64,000 nt of DNA from an uncultured Acidobacteriaceae bacterium (GTDB taxonomy: Bacteria; Acidobacteriota; Terriglobia; Bryobacterales; Bryobacteraceae), in the NCBI GenBank assembly GCA_963787585.1, contig CAWBDR010000005.1, forward strand, positions 9,092-73,091, in the 5' to 3' direction. The notes beneath the pieces were generated by a model. That model saw only the letters and a list, made by a program, of their open reading frames with translations. It did not search any database and was not told the DNA's origin. A program made the position numbers and the translations under genes. Shown one piece after another: positions 42,303-52,360 of the stretch; within the stretch, counting starts at the first letter, position 1; the number at the start of each line of letters is the position of its first letter.

Positions 42303-44228
42303 GTGGCCTTGATTCAGAGTGAGCGCAGGCGCGACGAGAGCGCTCCCTCGGACCGCCTGCTGAGCGATGATCCGAAGCGTGCCTCCAGTAAAGTCGCTAT
42401 CTTTCAGTACCTGACGGTCGTCGTTTTCGTCTTCCTGATCTCCGGTTTTTGGGAGTTGCAAGTCAAGAATCCCGACCTATACAGCGTGGCGGCGGAACAC
42501 AATCGCATCAAGAGCACTCCGGTTCTTGCGCCTCGCGGCAAAATCCTCGATCGCGACGGTCGCGTGATCGTCGATAACAAAGCGTCCTACTCGTTACTGC
42601 TGAATCGCGATCAGATCAAGCCCGAACACTTGCCCGCTATCGCGGAAGCGCTGCAAATGGATTACGGCGATCTCGCCGCTAAGATTCGCCGTACAGGCAA
42701 TCTCCCGCAAATCATCATTAAGGATCAGCTCACGCGGGATGACATCGCCTGGGTTGAATCGCATCAGGATGCCGGCACCTACCCCGAGATGCAGCTAATC
42801 CAGGCTTGGCGCCGCCAATACCCGCAGGATGGCTTCGCGGCGCACGTGATCGGCTACGTTGGTGAGATCAGCGAGTCGGAACTCGATTCCCCGCAATTCA
42901 TCGATTACCAACAGGGCGACGTTATCGGCAAAGATGGTCTGGAGCGTCAATATGACCAGACCTTGCGCGGCGTGGACGGGCAGCAGCGCGTGCTGGTCGA
43001 TAACTGGGGCCGCGAGCGCCAGATGGAAGAGCAGCAGCCGGCGTTGCCTGGCAAGGATCTCCGGACGACTCTCGATCTCGATCTGCAGGCCGTCGCCGAA
43101 CTGTCGATGGAGAACAAACGGGGCGCCATTGTGGCGCTCGATCCGCGAACCGGCGAGGTACTGGCGATGGTGAGCCGCCCGACTTTCGATCCGAACAAGT
43201 TTACCGGCCGCATCAGCCGGACCGACTGGAACGAGATTGCCGGCGATCCTTACAAGCCGCTAATGAATCGCGCTATTCAAGCCGAATTCGCGCCGGGTTC
43301 CACCTTCAAGCCATTTGTCGCACTGGCCGGTCTCGAAACCGGCGTCATTGACGATCAGACCGAGTTCCATTGTTCCGGTGGCGCCTCGTTTTACGGACAC
43401 TATTACGCGTGTTGGAAAAAGCCGCCGGGCCACGGCAATATCTCATTGCATCGCGCTATCGCCCAGTCCTGCGATTCTTACTTTTACAATCTCGCCAATA
43501 AGCTCGGTATCGATCGTCTGGCTCAATACGCCGAGATGGCCGGATTCGGCCACAAGACCGGAATCGATCTTCCGAATGAGCGCGAGAGCACCATGCCCTC
43601 CACTAAATGGAAACTGCGTATGTTCCGCCAGAAGTGGTATGCAGGCGAGGTGATCTCGGTCGGCATCGGGCAGGGAGCGGTGACGGCATCGCCTTTGCAA
43701 CTGGCGGCTGCCGAAGGCGGTATTGCGGTCGGGGGCAAATGGGTTCAGCCGCATCTCGTAAAGTCCGCGCCCGTCAAGGTGCTGAACGCCGGAAATGTGA
43801 GTCTCGAGAATGTGCAGCAGGTGATCTCCGGAATGTATGGCGTCGTGAATGAAGGCGGCACAGGACGATTCGCTGCCTTACCAGGCATCAAGGTCTGCGG
43901 AAAGACCGGCACCGCGCAGTTGGCATCGAATCAGTTTCTGAAGGGAACCGCGCGGGGCCGGGAAATGAAGGACAACGCCTGGTTTGTCGGCTATGCGCCG
44001 GAAGAAGCTCCCGAGATCGTCGTGGTCGCTCTGTTTGAAAACGGCGAGCATGGCGATAGGGCTTCATGGATGGTCCGCGATGTCCTGAAGGCGTACTTCG
44101 ATAAGAAGGCGCGCCAGCAGAATGCGGCGATTCTTGCCGCGCGTCTCCAAATGCCTCGTGCCCTCTTTACTTCTTCCCATCAAATCGCAACCCTGCACCT
44201 CGGGTTGCCGGAAGGCCTGTTGCCGTAA
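42303..44228 (+). CDS. mrdA: penicillin-binding protein 2 (elongasome transpeptidase)
   Basis: GTG start. The active-site motif GSTFKP (SxxK) and KTGTA are present. Confidence 0.9.
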   Translation: MALIQSERRRDESAPSDRLLSDDPKRASSKVAIFQYLTVVVFVFLISGFWELQVKNPDLYSVAAEHNRIKSTPVLAPRGKILDRDGRVIVDNKASYSLLLNRDQIKPEHLPAIAEALQMDYGDLAAKIRRTGNLPQIIIKDQLTRDDIAWVESHQDAGTYPEMQLIQAWRRQYPQDGFAAHVIGYVGEISESELDSPQFIDYQQGDVIGKDGLERQYDQTLRGVDGQQRVLVDNWGRERQMEEQQPALPGKDLRTTLDLDLQAVAELSMENKRGAIVALDPRTGEVLAMVSRPTFDPNKFTGRISRTDWNEIAGDPYKPLMNRAIQAEFAPGSTFKPFVALAGLETGVIDDQTEFHCSGGASFYGHYYACWKKPPGHGNISLHRAIAQSCDSYFYNLANKLGIDRLAQYAEMAGFGHKTGIDLPNERESTMPSTKWKLRMFRQKWYAGEVISVGIGQGAVTASPLQLAAAEGGIAVGGKWVQPHLVKSAPVKVLNAGNVSLENVQQVISGMYGVVNEGGTGRFAALPGIKVCGKTGTAQLASNQFLKGTARGREMKDNAWFVGYAPEEAPEIVVVALFENGEHGDRASWMVRDVLKAYFDKKARQQNAAILAARLQMPRALFTSSHQIATLHLGLPEGLLP

Positions 44229-45317
44229 GTGACTGGGTATCGTTCGATCCGCGATTTGGATTGGCCTCTGCTGATCATCACGCTGGCCCTTTGCACGCTG
44301 GGCGTGTTGCAGATCTATAGCGCCACCGTTGCAACCAAATGGCACGATGCCTGGTGGAAGCAGATCATTTGGGTAACCACTGGGCTGGCAATGATGTGGC
44401 TCGTATCCATGTTCGATTATCATGCCCTGCTGGGGCGGGTCTTCTACTTTTATATAGGTTGCATTCTGCTCCTGCTGACCACGGCCATTGTCGGTAACAA
44501 GGTATTCGGGTCCACGCGCTGGATCCACGTTGCCGGGTTTACCTTGCAAACCTCGGAGTTCGTCAAGATCGTCCTGATACTGCTGGTCGCAAGATTTTTG
44601 GCGGATATCAAAGCGGAGACCCTCGAATGGAAAGACATCGGGAAGCTCGCCGCGTTTGTGGGTGTACCGATGGTGCTGGTTATGAAGGAGCCGGATCTGG
44701 GAACCGCGCTGACCTACATTCCGATCCTGATTTGCGGCATCCTCATGGCCGGCCTGCGCTGGAAATACCTCCTTCTCATCGCTTCCGTACTGGTGATTAC
44801 ATTACCGATCGGATATCATTTTCTTAAGCCGTATCAAAAGAACCGGTTAGTGAGCTTCATCTATCCGGACCGTGATCCGAGGGGGACGGGCTTTCAGGTG
44901 ATTCAGTCGAAAATTGCGGTAGGCAATGGTGGCATGTGGGGCCGCGGCGCCAAGGAGAGTTCGCAGACGCACTTGGGCTTCCTTCCGGTTCCGCATACTG
45001 ATTTCATCTTCTCCTCGTTTGCAGAAGAGCACGGGTTCATTGGAATCGTGATCGCGATGGTTCTGTATTTTCTGCTGATCATGCAGATTGTGCAGAACGC
45101 CCAAACGGCGACCGACAAGGCCGGATTGTATCTGTGCATGGGAGTTGCCGCTCTGTTGTTGTTTCATGTGTTGGTGAATGTGGGTATGGTGATAGGCCGG
45201 ATGCCGATTACCGGTATTCCATTACCGTTAATGAGTTCGGGGGGCTCGAACACGTGGTCGATTTTCTTGATGTTGGGATTAGTGAACAGCGTCAGGTTGC
45301 GTAGGTTTGTGAATTGA
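44229..45317 (+). CDS. rodA: SEDS-family peptidoglycan polymerase RodA
   Basis: GTG starts directly after the mrdA stop. ..QTSEFVKI.., ..PVPHTDFIFS.., ..TGIPLPLMSSGGS.. Confidence 0.9.
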   Translation: MTGYRSIRDLDWPLLIITLALCTLGVLQIYSATVATKWHDAWWKQIIWVTTGLAMMWLVSMFDYHALLGRVFYFYIGCILLLLTTAIVGNKVFGSTRWIHVAGFTLQTSEFVKIVLILLVARFLADIKAETLEWKDIGKLAAFVGVPMVLVMKEPDLGTALTYIPILICGILMAGLRWKYLLLIASVLVITLPIGYHFLKPYQKNRLVSFIYPDRDPRGTGFQVIQSKIAVGNGGMWGRGAKESSQTHLGFLPVPHTDFIFSSFAEEHGFIGIVIAMVLYFLLIMQIVQNAQTATDKAGLYLCMGVAALLLFHVLVNVGMVIGRMPITGIPLPLMSSGGSNTWSIFLMLGLVNSVRLRRFVN

Positions 45318-45619
45318 TAACTATGGCCTGAAAGAGGCCGGTTCGATAGAGAAGAACGGGTCGAACTGAGCAGGACAAGGATTTTCGGATTTGCCGGAAA
45401 AGAGTTCGCCGGTTGTGAAACGATCAAGACGTATCGCAAGTGGTAGCGTAACCGCTGTATGGCAGCGCTAGTAGCAAACGGAGCGGGTGTTCTTGAGCTA
45501 GTCTCCACTCGCCTCGCGGCAAAAGATTTTGCGCCGGTCCATAGTTTATGGATCACGGCGCTGTGCAAACTCCGGAGTTCCCTGTACTCTCGTCATCGGC
45601 CCAATTAAGGCGGTGATTC

Positions 45620-48163
45620 ATGAGTAAGGAACTGGTGATTGGCTCCAATCGCCACGAAACGAAAGTAGCAATTCTCGAAGACGACCAGCTCGTCGAGATC
45701 TACTTCCAGCGTGCGAACGAGTATTCGCTGGCTGGAAGCATACATAAGGGCAGAGTTACGCGCGTGCTTCCGGGCATGCAGTCGGCATTTGTCGATTTGG
45801 GCCTGGAACGCGACACGTTTCTCTATGTCTCCGATTTTTTTGAGGAGCACGAAGATATTGACACGGTTGCCGAGGAGAAACCGGCTCGGCGCGAGCGGCC
45901 TCAGAACCGGCCGCCGGAGCGACAGGCACAGCCTGTTATAGAAAGCTCACCGGCGGAAAGAGAAGGTGATCTGCGGGTTGCGGACCTGCCCGAATCGGAG
46001 CCCACCGCGAGTACCGGAATTTCCGCTGCCGCGGAGCCCTCTGAAATTCGGACCGGCGAGCGCCCGCCGGAGGCTGATCGCGGTTTTCGCGGGGATCGCC
46101 ACGGCCGAAGGTCTCGGCGCCGCAGACAGCGGGGAAGAGGATTCCCCGAAAACAAGTACGCCCAGCCGGTGTCTCTGCAGCAGGGCAGTCAGGTCGAGAC
46201 CCAGGAAGGCAATGGTGAGGAGAGCGAAAAACCAGCGGAAGTGATTGTGCTCCCGGGCGAGTCCCTGGCCAAGTATCGCCATGTGAGCGCGCCCGAAAGC
46301 GCCTCCGGACCCCAGCCTCCAGAGCCGCAGAGTTTGCGGGAAGACGAGCCTACAGCCACCCCGGAGGAGATTGCAGCGGAGGCCGACGAGCTTGAACTCA
46401 CGGACAAGGTCCTCAGCCATCATGATGACGACTCGGTCATGGGAGAGGAGCGGAAGATTGAGCAAGTCAAGCAGGATACCGACGCTCCCACACCGGAGGA
46501 ACCACTTCTTACCAACGTTGTCCCGATTCGAACGGAAACGGAGCAAGTAAGCGGCCTGGAGATTGCCGAGCAGGAATCAGATGAGCTTGGCGAGCAAGAA
46601 CCGGATGAGCTCGAGTTAGAAGCAGCGGATGAGGGTGTGCCGCCGGTGGATGAGGCCTTGGAAGATAACGCGCTGCCGATCGCGGATGCCGGCCATTCGG
46701 AGCAGGCAGCGGAACACGCTCAAACGCAGACCGCTTCCGTTCGTGAGCAGGGCGATCATTATATGCATCGGGTATCGCGGCGGATGCGGCGGCGGCGCGG
46801 CGGAAACCGATTTCACCACCCGCCGCGAGAATTCAGCGCTGAGCCTGCCGGGGCCGGAGCCGGAACTGCCACGGCAGCAGCCGTCGAACCGGAAGCCCGC
46901 ATCTCTGACGTTCAGCGCGAGAACCACGAGGAGCGCTCGGCCGAAAAACCGGAACGGGTCTATCCCTCCATCTCCGATCTACTCAAGCAGGGCCAGGAGA
47001 TCATCGTTCAAATCGCGAAAGAGCCGCTCGGACAAAAGGGCGCGCGCATCACCTCGCACATTGCTCTGCCAGGGCGGTACGTCGTATTCATGCCCAGCGT
47101 GAATCATCTCGGCGTATCGCGCAAAGTTTCGAGCGAGGAAGAACGCCAGCGCCTGAAGCGCATTCTGCAAGCGCATCGCGAGGGCACGACCGGCGGCTTC
47201 ATCGTGCGCACAGCGGGCGAAGGAGTTTCAGAGCCCGAAATCGCCGCCGACATGAATTCGCTCTACAGCCTGTGGCTCGAGATCCGGCAGAAGGCCGAAA
47301 AGAAGCCCGCGCCCGCCTTGCTGCACCATGACCTCGAGATCGTGGAGCGTATTCTGCGCGACCAGGTCACCGACGATTTCAAGGCCCTCTGGGTGGACAA
47401 CGAGGAGATGTATGAAAACATTGTCACGTTCATGCAGCGCTTCCAGCCTGGGCTGGTAAACCGCGTCAAGATGTATACGCGCTCCGCTCCGATTTTCGAT
47501 GCTTTCAATATCACGCAGGAACTCGAGAAAGCGCTTCGCCCGAAGGTTTGGCTGAAGTCGGGCGGCTACATCGTAATCAATCAGACCGAAGCGCTCGTAG
47601 CGATCGATATCAACACCGGAAAGTATGTCGGGAAATCGAATCGCCTGGAAGACACCATTGTAAAAACGAACATCGAGGCGGTAAAGGAGATTGTCCGCCA
47701 GATCCGTCTGCGCGACCTGGGTGGAATCATCGTCGTAGATTTCATCGACATGGATGAGCGCAAGAATCGCCAGAAGGTCATGCAGGCGCTCGAAGACGCG
47801 ATGCGAGCCGACAAAGCGCCCTACAAAATTCTGCAGTTCAATGACTTCGGCCTGGTGGCGATCACTCGCAAACGCGTGAAGCAAAGCCTGGAGCGAACCT
47901 TGTGCGCGCCGTGCCCTTACTGCGAAGCCGCGGGCTACGTGAAAAGCGTTCAGACTGTGATCAGCGAGATCCTTGTCGAGGCACAAAAGCTTTCAAAGGC
48001 CATCGAAGCCAAAGACGTGATGCTCCGCGTGCATCCTGAGGTAGCAAAAGTGCTGAAGGCTAGCGACAATCAATATCTCGAAGAACTGGAAGAGATACTG
48101 GGGCGGCCCGTTCTCGTAACCGGCGATCCCACGCTCCACCACGAAAAGTTCGACCTCGCTTGA
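45620..48163 (+). CDS. rne: ribonuclease E/G family endoribonuclease with large low-complexity insertion in the S1 domain
   Basis: The first half of the S1 domain is GSIHKGRVTRVLPGMQSAFVDLGLERDTFLYVSDF. About 370 residues rich in E/P/A/R follow. The S1 domain then resumes: ISDLLKQGQEIIVQIAKEPLGQKGARITSHIALPGRYVVFMP. The catalytic core has ..EALVAIDINTGK.. and IIVVDFIDM. Confidence 0.9.
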   Translation: MSKELVIGSNRHETKVAILEDDQLVEIYFQRANEYSLAGSIHKGRVTRVLPGMQSAFVDLGLERDTFLYVSDFFEEHEDIDTVAEEKPARRERPQNRPPERQAQPVIESSPAEREGDLRVADLPESEPTASTGISAAAEPSEIRTGERPPEADRGFRGDRHGRRSRRRRQRGRGFPENKYAQPVSLQQGSQVETQEGNGEESEKPAEVIVLPGESLAKYRHVSAPESASGPQPPEPQSLREDEPTATPEEIAAEADELELTDKVLSHHDDDSVMGEERKIEQVKQDTDAPTPEEPLLTNVVPIRTETEQVSGLEIAEQESDELGEQEPDELELEAADEGVPPVDEALEDNALPIADAGHSEQAAEHAQTQTASVREQGDHYMHRVSRRMRRRRGGNRFHHPPREFSAEPAGAGAGTATAAAVEPEARISDVQRENHEERSAEKPERVYPSISDLLKQGQEIIVQIAKEPLGQKGARITSHIALPGRYVVFMPSVNHLGVSRKVSSEEERQRLKRILQAHREGTTGGFIVRTAGEGVSEPEIAADMNSLYSLWLEIRQKAEKKPAPALLHHDLEIVERILRDQVTDDFKALWVDNEEMYENIVTFMQRFQPGLVNRVKMYTRSAPIFDAFNITQELEKALRPKVWLKSGGYIVINQTEALVAIDINTGKYVGKSNRLEDTIVKTNIEAVKEIVRQIRLRDLGGIIVVDFIDMDERKNRQKVMQALEDAMRADKAPYKILQFNDFGLVAITRKRVKQSLERTLCAPCPYCEAAGYVKSVQTVISEILVEAQKLSKAIEAKDVMLRVHPEVAKVLKASDNQYLEELEEILGRPVLVTGDPTLHHEKFDLA

Positions 48164-48178
48164 AGCAACACTCTGGGC

Positions 48179-50911
48179 TCATTCCGTAATGGGCTTAGAG
48201 GCGCCGTCTTCAAGGACAATTGCAGCCGCTTCGCCGGTGGCGTCGAGGGCGCGCGCTGTTTCGAGCGGCGAATTGCCCGCATAGACGACTACCATGTGAG
48301 TCGGGTCGAGCGGATTCTTCGCCGCGCAGACAAGCGCATTCCGCTCGGAGGCATACGTGTTGCCATCCACCTTGAACACAGCATTCTGGTACTCGAGGCC
48401 GATTTTGGCTCGCCACGATGCCAGCGCCGAATTAGTTTCCGGGCGTCCGACGAAGATCACGTCCTTATTGGCGAGGAGAGTATCGTCCACCTCGAAATCC
48501 TTATAGATGGCAAGATCGCGCTGATCGCGGCCGCGATAACGGGCCTGCAACTGCTCCGCTACATAACGATTTGTGCCGCTCTCGGCTGCAGTTCCGTAGA
48601 CGATCACGGCCGATCCGATTCTGTGTCCGATATCACCGGGAACATAAGCCGGGCCATCACCCGGATCGGGAACTTTGTACTTCTCTCCCGCGGCATCAAG
48701 AAAGGACTGCGCGGTTACGGTTCTCGTCGTGTTGGCGCCAAAGTAGCCGTTCATCAATTTCAAAAAGGCTTCATCTCCCATCTTTCGGCGTAGCGAGTCC
48801 AGGAACAGGACGCCGGCAGTCGCTTCGAGCCGGAAGTGATTCATAGGCGTATCGGGCGATAGTTTCAGCCCGCGATAGCGAATCTTTTGCGCGTTGATTG
48901 CCTGATCGACATCCGCCGACTGCAGCACACGATAATATTCGGCAGAGCCCGCGACGAACCAGGTGTCGGCATCGGAAGCGGGCAGGAGCCACCCCTTCCA
49001 GAGCTGGTCGGCACGGTCCTGCCAGGAAACGGCGCCGGTCCTGCGCGGGTGGCTTTCCGTGTTTTCAGATTTCAGCCGGGATACTTCATTGGCAGTAACG
49101 GAGGCACTGAGCGCTTCAGAAGGCTGCGCATCGAAGAGATGGTAACCGCCAGGGAACAGACCATAATTTGAGTCGCGCGCGGGAGCGACACTCTCGTTAG
49201 GGCGACCAAACTCCGCCCAGACCATCATGTGATTCGCCATATCCCCAGTGACAACTTTGGCGTCCATGGTGCTGGCGGCGATCAGAGGAGCGCTGTCGAA
49301 CGCTTTGAAGCCGAACTGTTCATCGATCTGGCCCTTGTACGTTTTGTATAGCTCCATCCAGGCGAGGTCCCGCGTGCCGGGCACGTACGGAATATATCCG
49401 GGCGCGCCATGCGGGTCCGGCATATATTCGAGATTGATGGCGAGGTCTTTCGCGTTGTTATTGCCCCAGTAGAAGCCCGGCGTATTGCCGAACCATTCAT
49501 TTTTCGAGCTGCGCCATAGCTTTGTGTGATTGGTGCCCAGCTCGTACATCGCGATCTCGTTGTCCTTCGCGTCGCCGATGATCCACTCGTTGGTGTAGAG
49601 GCCGTTGTTGCGCGCGCCGAGTTGCTGAACGACTTCGTCGATATTTCCACCGTACTGAATGGCCATGCGCGCCCGGAAGGCGACTGGCGTGCCCTGTAGA
49701 TTGAAGGGTGACTGATCAATAGTGGTTTCGGTGAGGACGACGCCCGCGTCATTTTGATACCAATCGGTGCCGCTTTCGATCCCGCCCGGGTAGCTCTGGA
49801 TCAGCATCCGATGACCGGTTTCGGGCTTGATGTCGAGCATGACGTTCGTCTGCTCGGAAAGCGTCTGCGGCCACCACGTGACGTGACCGATGACCATTTT
49901 GCCGTCGTGCGTGGCGGCTCCGGTCGCGGCAAAGGCGCTGCAGTGATCAGCTGAGGAACTGTGTCCGGAGGCGTAAGGCGGTGGATTGAAGCGATTGCCT
50001 TCCAGGCCCGTGGGAGTCACACGCAATGCGGATTCGAGCTCACCCAATTCGACCGTCGTATTGGCGAGCGCAATATCGACCAGGTCGAGCTTACGGCTTA
50101 GAAATCTCGCGCCGGCGGCATTGGCTCCATCGGCGATGCCGCGCATTTCTTCGAGGATCTCGTGATCGAAGCCGCGCAGAAAGAGCGCGTTCGCGGTAGT
50201 GCGATAGGTGTTCCAGGTGTTCTCGTCGGTTTTGCCCCCCAGTTCGATGGCGCAGCGGGTAAGGTATTCGGGGATCTCTTTGGCCATCAAATAGCCGTGC
50301 TGATATCCGCGATCGTACGGTTTGCCTTCGATGTGCAGGTAGATCCACCCCGCAGCCGGGTAGCGATACGCAGGGCCGAACGTGCGCACGGCGTCACGCG
50401 CCGGCCAGCTCTCGGCGGGCGAGACTTCGTCGATGTTGACGCCTTCAAACCACGTCTTGCCCTGCAACGCGCCGCCGTTTCCGGCGCTGATCAGGATGTG
50501 ATCCTCAGATCGCGTGGCAACGAAGCGAAGTGACAGGCGCGTCCAGTCCTGGGTGCCGCCGAGCGATGGGGAATGCACATCGAAAGGCATGGATTCCATC
50601 GTGAGCGCGGCGCCGGAGGCGATCGGAGAGCGGCCGAGATCCTTGATCGTAAGGTCTTCTGTTCGCACCCACCCGCTGATTTCGTAGGTCTTGCCGATTG
50701 AGAGCTTGATGGCGCTGGAGCGGGCGCTCGCATCCGAATTTCCTGCATTGGCTTCGAGGCGCAACGATTTCTTATCATCGTGGCGGACTGAATTGTCGGA
50801 TGCGACCGACCCGTGCACGGCTGTCCACGCGTTGTCCGATTGGTTCTGAAAAAGAGGCGTGGCGGCCTGGAGGCTCAGAGCTGCACAGAAGCACAGGAGG
50901 GGACGGATCAT
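48179..50911 (-). CDS. secreted multidomain protein with phospholipase-B-like / C45-like Ntn-hydrolase core
   Basis: A signal peptide is present. ..SADHCSAFAATGAATHDGKMVIGHVTWW.. and ..IQSYPGGIESGTDWYQNDAGVVLTETTI...NNGLYTNEWIIGDAK.. resemble the Cys-nucleophile Ntn hydrolases of the PLBD/LAMA family. The protein has extra N-terminal (CBM-like) and C-terminal domains. Confidence 0.55.
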   Translation of the reverse strand: MIRPLLCFCAALSLQAATPLFQNQSDNAWTAVHGSVASDNSVRHDDKKSLRLEANAGNSDASARSSAIKLSIGKTYEISGWVRTEDLTIKDLGRSPIASGAALTMESMPFDVHSPSLGGTQDWTRLSLRFVATRSEDHILISAGNGGALQGKTWFEGVNIDEVSPAESWPARDAVRTFGPAYRYPAAGWIYLHIEGKPYDRGYQHGYLMAKEIPEYLTRCAIELGGKTDENTWNTYRTTANALFLRGFDHEILEEMRGIADGANAAGARFLSRKLDLVDIALANTTVELGELESALRVTPTGLEGNRFNPPPYASGHSSSADHCSAFAATGAATHDGKMVIGHVTWWPQTLSEQTNVMLDIKPETGHRMLIQSYPGGIESGTDWYQNDAGVVLTETTIDQSPFNLQGTPVAFRARMAIQYGGNIDEVVQQLGARNNGLYTNEWIIGDAKDNEIAMYELGTNHTKLWRSSKNEWFGNTPGFYWGNNNAKDLAINLEYMPDPHGAPGYIPYVPGTRDLAWMELYKTYKGQIDEQFGFKAFDSAPLIAASTMDAKVVTGDMANHMMVWAEFGRPNESVAPARDSNYGLFPGGYHLFDAQPSEALSASVTANEVSRLKSENTESHPRRTGAVSWQDRADQLWKGWLLPASDADTWFVAGSAEYYRVLQSADVDQAINAQKIRYRGLKLSPDTPMNHFRLEATAGVLFLDSLRRKMGDEAFLKLMNGYFGANTTRTVTAQSFLDAAGEKYKVPDPGDGPAYVPGDIGHRIGSAVIVYGTAAESGTNRYVAEQLQARYRGRDQRDLAIYKDFEVDDTLLANKDVIFVGRPETNSALASWRAKIGLEYQNAVFKVDGNTYASERNALVCAAKNPLDPTHMVVVYAGNSPLETARALDATGEAAAIVLEDGASKPITE

Positions 50912-50945
50912 AATGATCTCCTAGTGTCCAGAATACTGCGCGTCT

Positions 50946-51920
50946 CTATGCAACGTGTTTTCGTGTGGTGCGATTGTCCCACCAGTTCAGCACGCGTAAT
51001 GCGCGGAGAGTATTCCAGCGGCTCGGCCCCCCAAGCCGCTCCATTTCGAAATACGTCTTGCCCCGGTACCGGTTCTGTAGAGGCCAACGGCCGTCCGCGC
51101 GCTGACCGCCACGGACGACGTCGATGGCCTCGGCAAGGCGTTGGTCCCGTGGAGCATTGACGGTTTGGAAATAATCGAGGGCGCGAAGGATATCGTAGTG
51201 CCATCGCGGCGGGAACGAAAACACGGTGAATACGGGTTTTATGATTTCACCGGTTCGGTGGGAGCGAAAGAGCCGGTGTATTAGCAGGAACTCTCGGCCG
51301 AGGCGCTGGGCATTGCGCACCGCCTGAAGTTTGCGTCCACTCCGCCCTTCGTAATGTTGTAAGCCTTCGAGCGCGCTGATCGTTGTATGGACCGAAGAGT
51401 GGGTTGCGCCGGTTCTGCGCCTGCAATTCCATCCGCCATCGGGCATCTGTTCTTTTAAAAGGTAATCCGCAATTGTGTCGAGTCGGGAATCTTCGCATTC
51501 GAAGTACGACAGGATAGAGAGGACCATTCCCGTCACGCACGTCTCGCTCGGCCAGATGCCATAGTTGATACCCCCGTCGCGCCGGAGTCCTTGATCGAGA
51601 AGGAGCCGGCAAGCCTTTCGCGCTTGCCGGTTACTGGGTGGCAGTCCGAAGTCGCGGAGCAACAGCATTGTATAGGTCGTCGAGATCCATTTAGGCGAGT
51701 AAAGGCCGCCATCCGAGGATTGTCCGCCCGCCCATGTGCCTTCGGGGTCCTGCTTGAGCAGGAGACGAGCCCCCCAGCCGTCACGCGCAATGCTCTGTCG
51801 CTCTCGTGCGATAGCGCGCTCCTCGGCCCCGATCAAATCCTGAAGGACCTGCCATCGAATAGCCGGATCTCCGTCCAGAAGCCATTCGATTACCTTATTG
51901 GATTTCGAGATCACTGCCAA
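50946..51920 (-). CDS. prenyltransferase/squalene-oxidase-repeat-like (alpha-alpha toroid) protein
   Basis: Repeated ..DGGW../..EGTWAGG.. motifs (QDPEGTWAGGQ, RRDGGINYG, QMPDGGWNC, RADGRWP). Confidence 0.55.
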   Translation of the reverse strand: MAVISKSNKVIEWLLDGDPAIRWQVLQDLIGAEERAIARERQSIARDGWGARLLLKQDPEGTWAGGQSSDGGLYSPKWISTTYTMLLLRDFGLPPSNRQARKACRLLLDQGLRRDGGINYGIWPSETCVTGMVLSILSYFECEDSRLDTIADYLLKEQMPDGGWNCRRRTGATHSSVHTTISALEGLQHYEGRSGRKLQAVRNAQRLGREFLLIHRLFRSHRTGEIIKPVFTVFSFPPRWHYDILRALDYFQTVNAPRDQRLAEAIDVVRGGQRADGRWPLQNRYRGKTYFEMERLGGPSRWNTLRALRVLNWWDNRTTRKHVA

Positions 51921-51929
51921 GTCATCAAG

Positions 51930-52136
51930 CTATTTGCCTGTGAGGTGGTCCTCGATGAGTCTCTCACTAACCGCGCCGGGATTGATAGTATACTGCCCCT
52001 CCCGGTACTTGCGGCGCAGTTCGGCGATGCGGGCTTCGCGAGCGGGATCGGAGGCCGTGTCCTCTGGTTCACGGGCGGTGGCGGCCGCCGTGGCGTGACC
52101 CGCGCTGCTTGAGCCGGATTGGGAGTCGAGTGCCAT
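51930..52136 (-). CDS. flgM: anti-sigma-28 factor FlgM
   Basis: The C-terminus is ..RIAELRRKYREGQYTINPGAVSERLIEDHL. It lies divergent from fliA. ATG 52136 is preferred over GTG 52166. Confidence 0.6.
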   Translation of the reverse strand: MALDSQSGSSSAGHATAAATAREPEDTASDPAREARIAELRRKYREGQYTINPGAVSERLIEDHLTGK

Positions 52137-52360
52137 TAAGCTTCCTTTCCTCTTTGCCGGAATCACCTGACCTGTGCTACTAGCGTTATCGACAGCTTAC
52201 CCCTTCGATTCTAGCGGGAATCAGCCGATTCTTCTCTAAGGAAGTAGGGCGAATAAGGCCGAAACTGAGTGCCGCGCGAACTCAAGTTTCCGGCGATTGC
52301 GACCGAAGAATGACTTAGAGTGCTTACCGCACCTGAGGATAAGCGCCAAACGAGGTTGTA

